NCBI GenBank assembly: GCA_018262795.1
Contig: JADFDM010000014.1
Coordinates: forward strand, 5,449-69,448
From: Sphingobacteriales bacterium
Lineage (GTDB): Bacteria > Bacteroidota > Bacteroidia > Chitinophagales > LD1
DNA: 64,000 nucleotides
Direction: 5' to 3'
Below the pieces are notes generated by a model. It searched no databases, was not told the origin of the DNA, and saw nothing but the letters and a program-made list of their open reading frames with translations. Made by a program: the position numbers and the translations under genes. This document shows, piece by piece, positions 19,756-28,920 of the stretch; the first letter of the stretch is position 1; every line of letters begins with the position of its first letter.

Positions 19756-19804
19756 ATAGATAAGGGAAGATTTATAATCTGCCAACCAAAACCAAAAAGA
19801 ACCA

Positions 19805-19837
19805 ACCGATGCCATCGCTTTAAGCGATGGCATCGGT
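19805..19837. repeat. Perfect 14-bp-stem hairpin (accgatgccatcgc-tttaa-gcgatggcatcggt)
   Basis: 19805-19818 is the exact reverse complement of 19824-19837. It lies inside the segment bracketed by the 25-nt direct repeats. Confidence 0.85.
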
Positions 19838-19963
19838 ATAAATAGGAGGCCGTCTCCGCCCGTGTCTGTGTCCTCACAGATGCGCCTGCTAACTGAAAAA
19901 TGGCTGTGAATACACAGACATTGGCTCCTCTCGTCTGCATCAGTAGCCAAGCCGTTATTCCAC

Positions 19964-19988
19964 ATATTCCGTAGGGCATGTCGAACTT
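19964..19988 (+). repeat. 25-nt perfect direct repeat, right copy
   Basis: Identical to 19731-19755. Confidence 0.9.
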
Positions 19989-19989
19989 T

Positions 19990-20102
19990 AAATAAAAGAG
20001 GCTACCTCATCAGTCAGAACGATGCGTCTGAGAGTAAAACCTACTTCTACCCCTATGAGAAAATCGTTACTTTTTTGACTTATTAGACAGCCTCTTTTAT
20101 TT
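19990..20102. repeat. 14-bp perfect inverted repeat (AAATAAAAGAGGCT ... AGCCTCTTTTATTT) bracketing 85 bp, about 85 nt upstream of the 20186 start
   Basis: 19990-20003 is the reverse complement of 20089-20102. Confidence 0.8.
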
Positions 20103-20185
20103 TACGACAATAACATTCGGAAATCACGCAAGGGAAATTATCTTTACCCTCCACACTAAAAAATCGGATCACTAAATATACGACT

Positions 20186-21022
20186 ATGAAGAGGATTTTT
20201 CCCTTTGCGTTTGCTTTGCTGCTATGTGCTTTTTCGATGAGTTTATCGGCTCAAGACCAAGTGGCAGCCACGGCAAAGCCGCCCATCATTTCTTTGTTTG
20301 AATATTTAAAGGTTAACCAATCAGAAATTCAGAAAGCGGCTCCGCATTTTCCATGGGATTATGCGAATACTACTTATCAGGAACAACTTTCAAAGTGGCT
20401 GGAGCAATATCCGCGTGAATGGAAGGCACTCCGCACAATGAAGGTGTTTACCGATAATGGTATTGGATGGACCACCTACGGAATTCCAGAAAAATATTTG
20501 GCGCAAAAAGAAACGGTGAATAGTTCCTGGTACCAATGGTACGAAGCCAGTGGAGTGACCAAACAAAGAAAGGAGCAATTGTTCCCTCACTTTCCCGAAT
20601 TAGATAACTCCCTGAAGGGGGATACCTTGGGAAGTAACTTTGAGAGGCGAATTGCGATCTGGCAAAAACTATATCCGAAGGAATATATCACGTTCCTCAA
20701 TACCCCTGAATTAAAGTCCTTAAACCCGTATGCAAAAGGAGAGATCACCATTAACTACACTCCACGGTTTTTGGGAGCTACCATTACTCAGCAATTTCCC
20801 CAAAAGCAAAACTCGAAAGATAAATTACAGGATGAACTTACTTATGAATTGCAGGTGCGCAACTGGTACTTTGTTTTCAAGCCTCAAGAGTTTGAGAGAC
20901 GCTATGGGAAAGATTATGATTATCCTTCCGATTTCAGTGCCGAACAGTATAGGACAAATTCAAAAATGTTGATTGAACGGCAAAGGGATCCGGATTATAA
21001 TACATTGAAAAGAGGTAAATAA
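20186..21022 (+). CDS. Secreted hypothetical protein (278 aa) with an internal PHFP...W..[QK][LY]YP.E[WY] repeat, encoded directly upstream of the fourth giant gene
   Basis: ATG start and signal peptide MKRIFPFAFALLLCAFSMSLSAQ. Two related segments: APHFPWDYANTTYQEQLSKWLEQYPREWKAL and FPHFPELDNS...RRIAIWQKLYPKEYITFL. The stop lies 27 nt before the ATG of the next gene. I recognise no family. Confidence 0.7.
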   Translation: MKRIFPFAFALLLCAFSMSLSAQDQVAATAKPPIISLFEYLKVNQSEIQKAAPHFPWDYANTTYQEQLSKWLEQYPREWKALRTMKVFTDNGIGWTTYGIPEKYLAQKETVNSSWYQWYEASGVTKQRKEQLFPHFPELDNSLKGDTLGSNFERRIAIWQKLYPKEYITFLNTPELKSLNPYAKGEITINYTPRFLGATITQQFPQKQNSKDKLQDELTYELQVRNWYFVFKPQEFERRYGKDYDYPSDFSAEQYRTNSKMLIERQRDPDYNTLKRGK

Positions 21023-21049
21023 TTGTTCCAGACAAGAAATCCGAAAGAC

Positions 21050-24000
21050 ATGAAAACGAGATATACCCATATAAAGAACTTCCTGACACTAGCCCTTTTT
21101 GTATTTGCATTTGTTTCCTCCAAATCTCAAACCAATACCGATGGTGCCATGTATTTGGAATACTATACCAGCTACTATTGGGTTGGGAGCGTAGATGATT
21201 TTACAACCGGGGAATTAAATGACAATGAATTTCGCTGGATTTTTTGGGGAGCTGATAATGCCAACTTAGACGGACAAGGTTGGAGAGGAGGTGCAACCAT
21301 TGGAATAAACTCTGGCGGTTATGGTTGGGTAGGAGGAGGGTTTAATCTTTTAATGAGCCAACAATACGGGGCAGCCGGATCCACGGCTCAGAACGTCCCA
21401 ACGTATTTGCAATTGAGAGGAGAAGGTTGGGAAGATGACTGCTTTGATTGTTACCGTTCAACAGGTACCTTTAGTTGGTCATGTGACCAATGCAGCAGTT
21501 ATATCTACGATGGTGGGTGCGGATGTAGTACCAACGTGCTTTGTGGTTGCTCTGCTGAAGACCAGCATTGCGGTCCGCAGGATATAGATTACGCTATTCC
21601 TTTCAGAGTGGTGCCTCCTTGTTCTCAACTCTTGGCAGGAAATGGCCCTGCTTGGATTGGCGACCGCTATACCTCCGGCTGTGGAAGTTCAGAAAATGAT
21701 AACGTAGGTGCTGAGTTGCAAGTGTATTGGACACCACCGCGACCCACCATGACCGCAACGGCTACCAGCCTTTGTGCGGGAGGTGGTAATGTGACTCTTA
21801 ATTTATCCGGGGTAGTGTTTGGCGGAACGTATGCTATTTATGACGAGTCCACTGCATCCTACTTAACAACTACTTACACGGGATCAAATTATACGCTGTT
21901 CGTAGGTTCCACAAAAACACTTCGCCTATACACCCGAAACAATAGTTGCCAAAGCCAAAGTTGGTTTCCTTTAACTATTACAGTGGCCGGTGCCTTGAAT
22001 GGTGGGTCGGTTGCCAGCGCACAAACGGTTTGCTATGGAGGTGACCCCGCAGCGTTTACGAACACAGCTTCTGCTTCAGGAGGAGTGGGGGGCTTTACCT
22101 ATCAGTGGGAATCACAAACAAATTGTGCCGGAGGCTTTGGCGACATTATCGGAGCCACAAGCAGTACTTACAATATTCCGGCTGGGATTACACAAACAAC
22201 CTGCTACAGAAGAAAAGCTATTAATTACTGTGGCAATGCTTATTCCAACACTCTGACGGTTACGGTACTTCCCCAAATAAATTATGGAACGGTGACTGGT
22301 GGTGGTGGAACTTATTGCGGAACGGCTGACCCGGGCATCATGTCAGTAACTCCTTCCGGAGGCACCGGTTCCTTCGGCTATCAATGGTATTATCAGAACG
22401 GAACGGTATCCTGCCCCAGTGGCACAAATACTTCTGGATGGACACCCATTGGCGGAGCTAATTCTCCCTCTTATGATCCTCCTTCCGGTTTAACTCAAAC
22501 ACGCACGTATGCTGTTCAAGTAGATCCTACAGGTTCTCCTGATTGCAGTGGAGGAACATGGGCAAGTAATTGTGTAACCGTAACAGTAACTCCTGTAGCT
22601 ACAGCAAATGCCGGTGGGCCAGACGTAGCTTGTCAGTCGGGAGTTCCATCCGCCATTACTTTAAGCGGAGCCAGCGTGGGCGGTAGTGCCACCACAGGTG
22701 CATGGTCTATTTCCTCCGGTGGAGGAAGTTTAAGCAACACCTCCCAAACGGCTACTCCGGCTACGGTTACTTATACTCCGGCTCCTAATTATGTTGGCTC
22801 CGTGACGTTGCAACTTTTGACAAACGACCCCGATGGCGCGGGGCCTTGCCCGGCAGTTAGCGCTACCAGAACTATCACAGTGAATCAGGCAGCTACCGTA
22901 ACCGCTGGCGGTCCTGATGGCGTATGTCAGTCGGCCACCCCATCTGCCATTACTTTGAGTGGTTCTTCCTTTGGAGGGAGTGCCTCTACTGCGGCATGGT
23001 CTATCGTGACAGGGGGAGGTTCACTGAGCAATACTTCTCAAACCGCTACCCCTTCATCCGTTACCTATACCCCAGCGGCTAATTTTAATGGCACGGTTAC
23101 ATTACAATTGACTTCAAACGATCCGGACGGAGCGGGTCCTTGTGCCGTAGCCACTGCTACTAGAACTATCGCAGTACATGCGCTGCCATCGGCAGTGCCT
23201 ACCAGTAACTCTCCCGTTTGTGTAAATGATCAGATTAACCTGAATGCAAATGCTTCGGGTGGTTTGCCTGCTTACACCTATAGTTGGAGTGGCCCTCTTG
23301 GATTTTCGTCTTCCAGCGGCTCGCCTTCACTATCCAATGCTACACTTACCATGGCCGGCACATACGCTGTCACTGTCACCGACCAAAATACTTGTTCCAA
23401 CACGGCCAGTACCTCGGTATCTGTAAATCCATTACCGAACGGAAATATCAGTGGTACAAACACCATTTGTAGTGGCTCCTCTTCCGTTATTACTTTCCAT
23501 TTTTCCGTTGGAACAGGCCCCTTCAATATTTCGTTTACTGATGGAACCAATATTTTCTCGAAGAACGGTGTAAGTGATGGAGATACGGCTCAAGTGGCTC
23601 CTCCCTCTACGCTTACTTATACGTATGCGCAAATTACTGATGCTAACGGGTGCACCCGTGGCTCCGGATTTTTGGGAGGCGCTACAGTAACAGTCGCTCC
23701 GCAACCTGCTATCACAAATGTCTCCGTGACCGATGTACTATGCTATGGCGGAAGCACAGGAACAATTTCTGTGACAGCTACCGGAGGCACTCCCTCTTAT
23801 CAGTATTCAATTGATAATGGAGCTACTTTCCAGACCAGCAGCACCTTTACCGCTTTAGCCGCTGGGCCATACAGTATAGTAGTGTCCGATGCACTGAGCT
23901 GCGCCACTGCTTATGGTTTTAATCCTGTAACTATTGCCCAGCCTACGCAGTTAGATCACTCCACGGCAACCACCGATGCCAGTTGCGCCAATGTGTTTGA

Positions 24001-27000
24001 CGGCTCTATCGTTGTGACGGCTACCGGTGGAGTGCCACCTTACAATTATTCACTAAACGGAGGGCCTTCACAAAATGGAAACTCTTTCCTCGGCTTATCG
24101 GGAGGTACTTATGTGGTACAGGTGAATGATGATAATGGATGTTCCGATACTTCTCATGTGCTTATCAATAACTCTTATGGAGTGATTGGCAGTATTGTAA
24201 CACAAACGGATGTTTCCTGTTTCGGAGGTTCAGATGGTACCGTTACCGTGCAACTGACCGGTGGCATCCCTCCTTATTCGTACTCCATTAATGGGTTGCA
24301 GTTTCAGCCTTCGCCAACATTCACCGGTTTATCGGCCGGTAATTATGTAGCCACTCTTCGCGACACAAAAGGATGTACAGATTTTGTTCCGGTTAATATT
24401 GTTCAGCCCAACTTGTTGCAGGCTTTGGTTGATTCTGTCTCTAATATTCTTTGTAGCGGAGGTACTACCGGTGGAATTTATATCACCGTAACAGGCGGAA
24501 CGGCTCCTTACAGTTATTTGTGGAGCAACGGAGACACCACCGAAGATATCTCAGGAATTACAGCCGGCACTTACAATGTAGCCGTCACCGATGCAAAGGG
24601 CTGCTCCACGGCTGCGGGCGTAACTATCAACCAGCCCTTGCCGTTGTTTGTAAGCATTGCATCTTACCAAAACCTGAATTGCTATAATGATTCTTCGGGC
24701 GCAATTGATATTACGGTAAACGGTGGAGTGCCGCCTTATAATTTTAACTGGACTAACGGCTCTTCTTCAGAAGATATTTATGGCCTTCATGTCGGTAGTT
24801 ATGCAGTTACGGTAACGGATGCCAATGGATGTCAAAACGGAGTTTCTCAAACGCTTACTGAACCTACTCAGCTTAGTTCATCTGTTTCAGTAACGGACGT
24901 AACCTGTGCCGGAGCCTTGAACGGAGCGGTGGACTTATCGGTGAGTGGTGGGACTCCGGCTTACTCCTATTTATGGAGCAACGGACTTACCTCAGAAGAT
25001 TTATCCTCAGTTGCCGGAGGAACCTACACTGTAGTGATTACCGACTCAAAAGGCTGTAATGCGGTGAACTCAGCTGTGGTGAATGAAGGCCTTCCTTTAA
25101 ACATCTCAGCAGTGGTCACCAATACATTGTGCAATGGAGATACTTCCGGTGCCATTGATGTTAGTGTTTCTGGTGGAGCTACCCCATACATTTATGCGTG
25201 GAGCAATGGTTCATCCAATGAAGACCTTCAGAATATTTCTGCAGGAAATTATACACTGACAGTGACCGATCTGAACGGTTGTTCCGCAGTCGCTTCATAC
25301 ACCATCACTGAACCCGGCTTGCTCACAGTAGTGCTGGCCGGCCATGCCGATGTTAGTTGCTTTGGCGGGAATAATGGAAGCATTGATATCAATGTGTTTG
25401 GAGGAACTCCTTTATATGCCTACACATGGAACAACAGCGCTACCTCTGAAGACCTAAACGGACTTACCCTCGGCACTTATGCCGTAACGGTGAACGATGC
25501 CAACAGTTGTTCTGCTACCTTTTCTACTATTATTTCACAACCAACGGCTATAGCTTCTTCCATTTCTAAGGTAGATGTAACCTGTCCGGGTGCGGCTAAC
25601 GGTAGTGTTGATCTCACGGTGTCGGGAGGTGTAGGTCCTTATACTTTTGTATGGAATAACGGAGCTACCACCGAAGACCTCACAAATATTACCGGAGGCA
25701 CTTATACGGTGGTTATTACCGATGCTAATTCATGCACTGCAGCTAATTCAATAGTGGTGAACGAAGGCTTGCCTATTCTGATTTCCGGAACCGTAACGGC
25801 TGTGCTTTGTCATGGAGACTCCTCCGGAGCTATTGATATTACCGTGAGTGGTGGCAGCGGCTCTTACTCCTATACTTGGAGTAATGGAGCAAACACACAG
25901 GACATCTCTAATCTGATTGGTGGAACCTATGCCGTTACCGCCACCGATGGAAATGGTTGCAGCGTGGTAGCTACCTTCTTAATCACTCAACCGGCTACTC
26001 TTGTACTGAACGCCACTACGGTAAACGTGAGTTGCGCAGGCGGCTCGGATGGCTCAGTGGACATCACTGTGAATGGAGGCGTGTTCCCTTATAATTATGC
26101 TTGGAGTAACGGCCCTGCTTCGGAGGATATTCATAACGTGATTGCCGGTACTTACAGCGTCACCGTTACCGATGCCAACGGATGCACCATCACTCAAACT
26201 TATAACCTAAACGAACCCAACCCGATCATATCTTTTGTAGTGGGAACCAATGTGAGTTGCAATGGCGCGGCAGACGGCACTGCCGACCTGACCGTAAGCG
26301 GAGGAACATCTCCTTACACGTACTTGTGGTCTAACTTCCAAGGTTCGCAGGATGTGAGTGGGTTGAGTGGTGGTTTATACTATGTAATTATTACCGATGC
26401 ACATGGCTGCACCAATAAGGATTCGGTGATTATTACCGAACCGGCTCCGCTTACACTCTCCACTACCATCACCAATATTTCTTGCTATAACTCCAATGAC
26501 GGAGCTATTGACCTCACTGTAACAGGAGGAACTACTCCTTATTCTTATCTGTGGAGTAATGGTGCTATGACGCAGGACATGAACAACTTGCAGAATGGTG
26601 TGTATGCGGTCACGGTGACCGATGCTCATTCTTGCACCGCCACTACTTCTGTCACCATTGTAAACCCTTCGGTAATCACTGCCAACTTTATTGCCCACGA
26701 TCCGTTTTGCTTCGGCAGCACCGATGGTTCTATTGATTTAATTCCATCGGGTGGCACACCGGGATTTAGCTTTGTGTGGAGCAACGGGGCTACTACCGAA
26801 GACCTATCGGGAGTGGGAGCGGGTACATACATTGTTACCCTCACCGATTCTAAAGGATGCACCCGTGTGGATTCAGCTACCTTAGTAGAGCCGCAGCCAT
26901 TAGTGACTTCCGGCTTTATCAGAAATGTAAGTTGTGCCGGAGCGGCTGATGGATTTATAGACATTACCGCTTATGGCGGAACCTTGCCTTACGCCTTCCT

Positions 27001-28588
27001 TTGGTCGGCCGGTCCTTCTACAGAAGATATTGGCAACCTGCCGGGCGGTAACTATTACGTCACCGTTACCGATGCGAACGGCTGCCAAGCAGCTACCTTG
27101 TATCCGGTGCTCGAGCCTGCTCCACTGACCACCACAATGGCGGCTGCTAATGTATTATGTGCCGGTGGCAAAACGGGCAATGTAGCCGTGATCCCTGCCG
27201 GAGGCACTACCCCCTACTACTACTTGTGGAATACCTTTGATACAGATTCCTCCATTGCCGGAGTTATTGCTGGTAAGTATGTAGTGCAAGTGACTGATTC
27301 AAACGGCTGTTTCACTTATGACAGCGTTCAGATTACAGAACCTCTTCCACTCAACATCAGCGGAACCATCACCGATGCCCTATGCTTTGGCGCGGCTACC
27401 GGTGAGGTAGATATTACAGTTGCCGGAGGAACGCCCTACTATACTTTCGTATGGTCCAATGGAGCAGTAAGTGAAGACCTACTGGGCGTAACCGCAGATA
27501 CCTACACCGTGACGGTAACCGACCAGAACAGTTGTATGAAAGCCGCCACCTTTGTGGTGAATCAAGGAAATGAAATAATTGTAGGCGTAGGTACCTTTAA
27601 TCCTATTTGTCACGGAGGTAATTCCGGCTCCGTATCGGCTATTGCCAGTGGTGGGGCGGGCCCTTATACCTACCAGTGGGGCACCACTCCGGTGCAAACC
27701 GGATTATCTGCCGGCAGCTTAGTGGCTGGCACTTACAACCTCACTGTTGCCGATAGTAAAGCATGTTCGGTAACCGCCAGCGCTACATTGGTAGATCCCG
27801 CTGCCATCGTGGTGACTGCCGATGTCACCGGTGCTAAATGTTTCAATACCGCAACAGGAACGGTGAATACCATTGTTTCAGGTGGGTTCCCTCCTTATAA
27901 CTATTTACTCAACGGCTCCGCTCAATCAACCGGCAACTTTAACGGCTTGTTCCCCGGTGACTATATCATTTTGGTCAGCGATGCTAATGGATGCCAAGGC
28001 AGTACCGACTTTACCGTGGCAGCCCCCAGCCAAATTAGCGTTAGCTTGGGGGTAACCCAACAGGTTATTCTCACTGGCATGGAAACTCAGTTGGTGGCTA
28101 CCGCTACTTCCGACACCGATATTATTCACTACTTCTGGAACCCCGATTCATTGGTTGATTTCACTGGTTGTCCACAGCCCGATAACTGCGCTACCCCTTA
28201 CGTGTTTCCGCGCACTACCACCACTTTCACCGTTTATGTAATGAATGCCGATTCTTGTATTGCTTCCGATACCTTAACCGTAACGGTGCTCAACCAGCCG
28301 TCAGTCTTTATTCCCTCAGCCTTTTCGCCTAATAATGACGGGCTGAACGACTTCTTTGAATTCGATATTCTCGGTGCTACCAACATCGAAATCAGCATCT
28401 TTAACCGCTGGGGGCAAAGAGTGTACTACAATGCTTCCCAGCAAAATGGTATTACCAATTCACACGGATGGGACGGAAACGTAAATGGCAAAAAAGCACC
28501 GGAGGACACCTACGTCTATCAAATGAAAGTGACCTATTGGGATGCCATTACCAAAGATATAAGCGGAACAGTAACGCTGATGAAATAA
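21050..28588 (+). CDS. Giant SprB-repeat adhesin-like surface protein (~2512 aa): signal peptide, distinct Cys-rich head, Ig-like modules, 19 SprB repeats, T9SS type-B CTD
   Basis: The track start at 21023 is a TTG. The in-frame ATG at 21050 gives MKTRYTHIKNFLTLALFVFAFVSSKSQ, a good signal peptide. The head contains CFDCYRSTGTFSWSCDQCSSYIYDGGCGCSTNVLCGCSAEDQHC, unlike the heads of the 2493 and 7637 genes. 19 SprB-type units counted. C-terminus FIPSAFSPNNDGLNDFFEFDILGA...RWGQRVYY...WDGNVNGK...DTYVYQMK...GTVTLMK. Confidence 0.9.
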   Translation: MKTRYTHIKNFLTLALFVFAFVSSKSQTNTDGAMYLEYYTSYYWVGSVDDFTTGELNDNEFRWIFWGADNANLDGQGWRGGATIGINSGGYGWVGGGFNLLMSQQYGAAGSTAQNVPTYLQLRGEGWEDDCFDCYRSTGTFSWSCDQCSSYIYDGGCGCSTNVLCGCSAEDQHCGPQDIDYAIPFRVVPPCSQLLAGNGPAWIGDRYTSGCGSSENDNVGAELQVYWTPPRPTMTATATSLCAGGGNVTLNLSGVVFGGTYAIYDESTASYLTTTYTGSNYTLFVGSTKTLRLYTRNNSCQSQSWFPLTITVAGALNGGSVASAQTVCYGGDPAAFTNTASASGGVGGFTYQWESQTNCAGGFGDIIGATSSTYNIPAGITQTTCYRRKAINYCGNAYSNTLTVTVLPQINYGTVTGGGGTYCGTADPGIMSVTPSGGTGSFGYQWYYQNGTVSCPSGTNTSGWTPIGGANSPSYDPPSGLTQTRTYAVQVDPTGSPDCSGGTWASNCVTVTVTPVATANAGGPDVACQSGVPSAITLSGASVGGSATTGAWSISSGGGSLSNTSQTATPATVTYTPAPNYVGSVTLQLLTNDPDGAGPCPAVSATRTITVNQAATVTAGGPDGVCQSATPSAITLSGSSFGGSASTAAWSIVTGGGSLSNTSQTATPSSVTYTPAANFNGTVTLQLTSNDPDGAGPCAVATATRTIAVHALPSAVPTSNSPVCVNDQINLNANASGGLPAYTYSWSGPLGFSSSSGSPSLSNATLTMAGTYAVTVTDQNTCSNTASTSVSVNPLPNGNISGTNTICSGSSSVITFHFSVGTGPFNISFTDGTNIFSKNGVSDGDTAQVAPPSTLTYTYAQITDANGCTRGSGFLGGATVTVAPQPAITNVSVTDVLCYGGSTGTISVTATGGTPSYQYSIDNGATFQTSSTFTALAAGPYSIVVSDALSCATAYGFNPVTIAQPTQLDHSTATTDASCANVFDGSIVVTATGGVPPYNYSLNGGPSQNGNSFLGLSGGTYVVQVNDDNGCSDTSHVLINNSYGVIGSIVTQTDVSCFGGSDGTVTVQLTGGIPPYSYSINGLQFQPSPTFTGLSAGNYVATLRDTKGCTDFVPVNIVQPNLLQALVDSVSNILCSGGTTGGIYITVTGGTAPYSYLWSNGDTTEDISGITAGTYNVAVTDAKGCSTAAGVTINQPLPLFVSIASYQNLNCYNDSSGAIDITVNGGVPPYNFNWTNGSSSEDIYGLHVGSYAVTVTDANGCQNGVSQTLTEPTQLSSSVSVTDVTCAGALNGAVDLSVSGGTPAYSYLWSNGLTSEDLSSVAGGTYTVVITDSKGCNAVNSAVVNEGLPLNISAVVTNTLCNGDTSGAIDVSVSGGATPYIYAWSNGSSNEDLQNISAGNYTLTVTDLNGCSAVASYTITEPGLLTVVLAGHADVSCFGGNNGSIDINVFGGTPLYAYTWNNSATSEDLNGLTLGTYAVTVNDANSCSATFSTIISQPTAIASSISKVDVTCPGAANGSVDLTVSGGVGPYTFVWNNGATTEDLTNITGGTYTVVITDANSCTAANSIVVNEGLPILISGTVTAVLCHGDSSGAIDITVSGGSGSYSYTWSNGANTQDISNLIGGTYAVTATDGNGCSVVATFLITQPATLVLNATTVNVSCAGGSDGSVDITVNGGVFPYNYAWSNGPASEDIHNVIAGTYSVTVTDANGCTITQTYNLNEPNPIISFVVGTNVSCNGAADGTADLTVSGGTSPYTYLWSNFQGSQDVSGLSGGLYYVIITDAHGCTNKDSVIITEPAPLTLSTTITNISCYNSNDGAIDLTVTGGTTPYSYLWSNGAMTQDMNNLQNGVYAVTVTDAHSCTATTSVTIVNPSVITANFIAHDPFCFGSTDGSIDLIPSGGTPGFSFVWSNGATTEDLSGVGAGTYIVTLTDSKGCTRVDSATLVEPQPLVTSGFIRNVSCAGAADGFIDITAYGGTLPYAFLWSAGPSTEDIGNLPGGNYYVTVTDANGCQAATLYPVLEPAPLTTTMAAANVLCAGGKTGNVAVIPAGGTTPYYYLWNTFDTDSSIAGVIAGKYVVQVTDSNGCFTYDSVQITEPLPLNISGTITDALCFGAATGEVDITVAGGTPYYTFVWSNGAVSEDLLGVTADTYTVTVTDQNSCMKAATFVVNQGNEIIVGVGTFNPICHGGNSGSVSAIASGGAGPYTYQWGTTPVQTGLSAGSLVAGTYNLTVADSKACSVTASATLVDPAAIVVTADVTGAKCFNTATGTVNTIVSGGFPPYNYLLNGSAQSTGNFNGLFPGDYIILVSDANGCQGSTDFTVAAPSQISVSLGVTQQVILTGMETQLVATATSDTDIIHYFWNPDSLVDFTGCPQPDNCATPYVFPRTTTTFTVYVMNADSCIASDTLTVTVLNQPSVFIPSAFSPNNDGLNDFFEFDILGATNIEISIFNRWGQRVYYNASQQNGITNSHGWDGNVNGKKAPEDTYVYQMKVTYWDAITKDISGTVTLMK

Positions 28589-28608
28589 GCACTTCCAACA
28601 ATCTTCGC

Positions 28609-28641
28609 AAACGTCCTGCTGCAAAGCGGGACGTTTTTTTT
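28609..28641 (+). terminator. Rho-independent terminator after the fourth giant gene
   Basis: Stem ACGTCCTGC (28611-28619) pairs with GCGGGACGT (28626-28634) with one G-T wobble, loop TGCAAA, then a T8 run. Confidence 0.75.
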
Positions 28642-28688
28642 GGACAGTTGGATGCGCAACATGAGGTATTGTATTTGGCATGATTAGA

Positions 28689-28708
28689 ATCCCGATGGCT
28701 ATCGGGAT
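28689..28708. repeat. 8-bp-stem hairpin atcccgat-ggct-atcgggat, same CCCGAT/ATCGGG core as the inner stem of the 62-nt elements
   Basis: 28689-28696 is the reverse complement of 28701-28708. The core is shared with 18748-18766 and 18983-19001. Confidence 0.75.
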
Positions 28709-28920
28709 GGTGTGAGAGCCTCTCCCTGTCACTTACGAGTGGCAGGGCGGGCTACTCGATCATGTGCTGCCCTATCGCTGTCTTGTCACACGCTACTTGT
28801 CCGGTTGAGGCGCTGTGCTCTGAAACCCGTGCAAGAAGAGAGTTGCTGTCCAACGATGACGAAATGCTGCGTGGCTTGTGCTATCTTCTTCAAGCCGCAT
28901 TCAATTAAATTCAAACGAAC

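Noticed and set aside
21023-21049. Longer N-termini proposed by the ORF track (21023, 41765, 44615, 47685, 54662, 58017, 60045, 38210)
   Set aside because: The extensions start at non-ATG codons or run into the upstream gene. In every case an internal ATG gives a canonical signal peptide or a conserved family N-terminus.
46-28129. Dozens of 60-120-aa ORFs inside or antisense to the giant genes (for example 7725-8093, 10967-11293, 15893-16231, 26626-26964)
   Set aside because: They are shadow ORFs of very long, compositionally biased repeats (Gly/Thr/Ser codons). All are fully contained in the giant reading frames and have no independent signals.
28710-28900. GC-rich structured stretch as a known housekeeping RNA (RNase P, tmRNA, SRP, 6S)
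   Set aside because: None of the hallmark motifs is present: no GAGGAAAGUCC P4 strand, no tRNA-like 3' end with a resume-codon frame, no SRP GGAA/AGCA domain IV pattern. It remains unexplained rather than identified.
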